A stretch of DNA of 64,000 nt, taken from positions 62,001 through 126,000 of the forward strand of contig JALDZX010000033.1 of the NCBI GenBank assembly GCA_022813865.1. The letters are read 5' to 3'. Position 1 is the first letter of the stretch. Every line of letters begins with the position of its first letter. The notes beneath the pieces are model-generated. The model was given only the letters and a program-made list of their open reading frames with translations, made no database searches and was not told where the DNA came from. Of this stretch, positions 60,367 to 64,000 are shown piece after piece. Position numbers and translations under genes: made by a program. Origin of the DNA: Xylographa opegraphella (taxonomy: Eukaryota).

Positions 60367-62128
60367 GGCTTTCACAACGATTAAAGTTCGTCGCGGAGCT
60401 GAGGCTACAACGGGAAGCCAGTAAGCTGGTCAAAGAAAAGCTATCCCTGACATATCATCTCAGCATCGTGGCCGATTGGCGTCTGTCCAGCAGAAATAGC
60501 CATATATAATATGAGGACTTTATCCAAATGGCCGTTAGGCTACGCTGAGTGTTATGAGTTACCTTACTATTGTCTCTTATTAGGTACTACCTATTTCAAA
60601 GCGGGGACATTCTACACAGCCCTACCTAACTAGCGAGTATGCAGGGATTCCCCACTAGAGTGCGAATTAGGATTACGCTCGTACTCCGTACAAATCGCTG
60701 GCTTGACAATTCTGCAACAGAACTACAAACTGATATTTGATCATCACGGTCCAAGCTGAAGCACTCCCCATAATTCTGTGTTCGTCCGGTCATGAACATG
60801 CATGCTCCGAGCTGAAACGCTAGCAATCTCGCTGGTGATGTGCCTCAGTCGACGTGGTCATGGGTGCGAAAAGGGACTACATGCTCATCACGAAATCAGT
60901 TTACACTTGCAAGCTATTGATTATCTGCCTTGGCTGGAAATGTCGAATCCAGGTTGGCTTTTTCACTGAGGAGGAAATCGCAGATTTCGATACAAGCTCC
61001 TTTATCGTGCTCAATCAAAGCCAGATACTTTCCGTACTTGTGAGCAGGGCCATATGATATGCTGCGAGAGGCGTACAGTCAGCTCCAACGAGTGGAGTCC
61101 GATGTTTACGCAGTCTATAGTCACAAGATGGGTCCCTAAGTAAACAGAGTGAAACGGCCATGCTAGTGTTATGTATACGAATAGTGGCTCAAACTGGCAG
61201 ATTTCGACAAGCCAATCTTATTTGATCGAGGCTGAACACTGTCTTGTGCACTAAATGTTGCCCTTCTTCGGGGTTGTTCTAGCACGTCCATCTTGAAAGA
61301 ATAAATATGGTAAATAAGCGCAATAATAGATTCTCCGACCTTACATCTGATTTGTAGTAACTGAGGCTCCTATAGGAAAGCTATAAAGATAAGTAGACCT
61401 CGGAGGTTCATCAAGTGGGTAGATGAAGCACCTTATTTGGAGGGGAAGAAAGGATTGTCAACAATACTCTGTACAATACTCTGTATAATAGCATCACAGC
61501 CGCTATAGGCGGCGACATAACGAGTAACGGCAGGAGAATGATTGCAGATCAAGCCCAGAAGACGAGCACTGAGATATCAATTCGGTCGGTATCTCTGCTG
61601 AGATTGGCTGCGAATCGATTTACAAATGATCCCACTCAGTATCTTTGGAAACAGATCATGGTCGTTGGATCAAGACGAAGCTGCTTGATGCACGCATGCG
61701 CCTTATCGAGCACGGACCAAGTGCTTCCCAGGGATACCGGCAAGCCCAGTGCCACCACATGTCAGCACTTTACACTAAGCTCACAGTTACCATTAGCCAT
61801 AGCCCCCCTTGCAACAAATCCGTTCAACCGTTCGGCCACTATTGTCATCATATCGCTCATCTGAGTGGTGACGAGACAATCACTGGGTCTAAGTCCTTGA
61901 GTCCTCGGACCATCCGGAAGCCCAGTTATTGCGAGAAATCATCCAGGAACACGACGTCCGCTTGTCGTGGTACGACGTATGGAGTGGCTACTAAGTGTGC
62001 TTTAACTGCCACTCACCAATTCCAGAGTCGGGACCAACCGGTCCAATATCATATCCTGCGTTGCATTTCAATCGTCCAGGCACTGATAGCTCTAATCCTA
62101 GGACTCTAATGTCGTAGTGACCGCTAGC

Positions 62129-64000
62129 ATGGGAAACACATCAACCAAAGAACAACGACCGCTGTCCCCATCCTCACGGAACAGCCATGTCCGTTCAGTC
62201 TCTTCGCCGCAAATAGCAACGCAACAGCCACCATCCGCTTCCGAGCAAGAGGATGCAAGATCATACGTTGTCTACAGCTCCCGTCAAGGGAGAGGCAGTA
62301 GATCCGAGCTTTCGTCACTTTTGGGCATTGGTTCTGGCGCCGATAGAAATGCGGACGCTTCGGAAAGTCGAAGGGAAACCAAGCAAGACAGGGATGCTAG
62401 AAAACTCGAAAAGGAGCGTATTCTACGTGAGAAAGAACGTGAAAGAAGTATGCGTGAGGAGAGTGTCGATGGGGGCTACCTGGTTACACAGGGTGTTTAT
62501 ACGGGTCTTGAAGATTACAACAAGGCTATAGTAAGACAGTTGATGGTATGTAATACACTGGACAGACAGACACAGGATGTTAACGATGAGAAGATTGAAC
62601 GCCGAATCGCCCCATTTTGGCGAGGCCTTAACGACCACTCGAGTTCATGGACAGAAAATCAGCTTGTGGCAGCTGTTCGGGCTCTACCAATCCCGGCCCC
62701 TGACGAGATACCATCAGATGAACCACAACGAGCGTTTCCCATAGATGATACTGATGCTCGGACCTCCAATCTAAACATCAACAGTCTGACTGTTCCGATC
62801 TCTTCTCGGTCGCCATCCTACAACTCTGACTCGTCATCGAACCTTTCACCCACGCAGCCAACATTTTCACTTCCCTCACCCTCGGCAGCATCCACCCTTC
62901 TCCGAGGGCGTGCCAAAACATTAGCTACGCTCACAACATCGTCAAAGAATATGCCACAGGCTGAACTGGTACCTAGGGAGATGAATCTGCCAAAAGATCC
63001 CTTCGTCAATGGCCAGCACATCGAAGCTTACCTATACAAGGATGCATCTGAATGTCCAATCTGTTTTCTTTACTATCCCCCGTACTTGAATAAAACAAGG
63101 TGTTGCGATCAGGCAATTTGTTCGGAATGTTTCGTCCAGATAAAGCGTCCGGAGCCTCATCCGCCAGAGCATGCTGACTCTACTGCCCCTCCTCCCTTGG
63201 AATCTGAAAGCTTACAAGCTGAAGACATAGACCCGGATGCCTCTCTTGTTTCGGAGCCGGCAGCTTGTCCATTCTGCGTCCAGCCTGAGTTTGGTGTCAC
63301 ATTCGAACCACCTCCTTTTCGTAGAGGACTGACTTACGTTAATCAATTAGCGGGAAATTCGTTGGCCCGTGCTACATCTGCAATGTCTTCTTCATCATCT
63401 CTTGGGTCCTTCTCTGGCAGTGGCAGCTTCATACCGCCTTCAACCATCAACCGTCGCCGAACAACGTCTATATCTGCCAATTCACCAGCGGTCATAACGA
63501 CTGATCGGGTGAGACCCGGTTGGGCTTCTAAGTTGTCGACTGCTAGAGCTCATGCCGCTAGGCGGTCGGCAGCAGCTACAGCGCTACATAGTGCGGCATA
63601 TTTGATGGGTGGTCGTAACGGTTCCCCTGATACACGCAGCTTCGGAGCCTTGGGCCGCCGGGCTATTCTACGGCGAGGCACAGGTGCAGATAGTCCATCT
63701 GGAGGCAATAGCTCAACACACTTGAGTATGCTAGCATTGATGGCTGAACGTTATGGTGCACCTGCTGGCGCAAGGGGTGAAACTGACACCAACGGAGAAA
63801 CGTCTCCAACAATCTTTGGTCCACCACGAGGTAACTCCAGGAGGAACAGGGTAGACGACCTTGAGGATATGATGCTAATGGAAGCCATTCGACTCAGCTT
63901 AGCTTCGGAAGAGGAAAGGCGAAGGCGCGAAGAAAAGGAAGCCAAAAAGGAGGCGAAGAAAAAAAGTAAAGACGATAAAAAAGCCGAAAAAGCTGCCCGG
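62129..64000 (+). CDS. SIP5: Sip5 (SNF1-interacting protein; RING-like), 3' truncated by the window; intron 62546-62593
   Basis: MGNTSTKE myristoylation-type start; [90 protein letters not shown]. Confidence 0.92.
   Translation, partial: MGNTSTKEQRPLSPSSRNSHVRSVSSPQIATQQPPSASEQEDARSYVVYSSRQGRGSRSELSSLLGIGSGADRNADASESRRETKQDRDARKLEKERILREKERERSMREESVDGGYLVTQGVYTGLEDYNKAIVRQLMVCNTLDRQTQDVNDEKIERRIAPFWRGLNDHSSSWTENQLVAAVRALPIPAPDEIPSDEPQRAFPIDDTDARTSNLNINSLTVPISSRSPSYNSDSSSNLSPTQPTFSLPSPSAASTLLRGRAKTLATLTTSSKNMPQAELVPREMNLPKDPFVNGQHIEAYLYKDASECPICFLYYPPYLNKTRCCDQAICSECFVQIKRPEPHPPEHADSTAPPPLESESLQAEDIDPDASLVSEPAACPFCVQPEFGVTFEPPPFRRGLTYVNQLAGNSLARATSAMSSSSSLGSFSGSGSFIPPSTINRRRTTSISANSPAVITTDRVRPGWASKLSTARAHAARRSAAATALHSAAYLMGGRNGSPDTRSFGALGRRAILRRGTGADSPSGGNSSTHLSMLALMAERYGAPAGARGETDTNGETSPTIFGPPRGNSRRNRVDDLEDMMLMEAIRLSLASEEERRRREEKEAKKEAKKKSKDDKKAEKAAR

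Overview
Gene-dense window from a filamentous ascomycete (Pezizomycotina-type GT..AG introns with CTAAC/CTGAC-like branch sites), holding about 29 protein-coding loci. Recognisable genes: S10 serine carboxypeptidase, RRM nucleolar protein, F-box protein, BTB-like protein, aldo-keto reductase, 9-exon cytochrome P450, fungal TACC/Slk19-type protein, AAA+ ATPase, TMEM135-like, DUF2458, COX14-type, thiolase, mitochondrial mL50, cupin, hydrolase-NACHT-WD40 NLR-like gene, Vip1, VIB-1/XprG-type NDT80 factor and Sip5. The most striking signal is an otherwise intact 4-exon AAA+ ATPase gene (23176-24719, minus) interrupted only by two in-frame TAG codons, both where I recall homologues having Trp. This is the pattern expected for restorative A-to-I mRNA editing (UAG read as UGG), although a young pseudogene cannot be excluded. 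A CXC/zinc-finger gene has a similar stop-only lesion (TAG-TGC-TAA). An accessory-looking block (about 35.7-48.9 kb) holds an intact NLR-like gene between two decayed genes, plus a TA-flanked ~290 bp foldback/MITE and a candidate effector. There is one assembly gap (50 N) next to a poly-G run. Family assignments come from motif recognition by eye; no searches were run.
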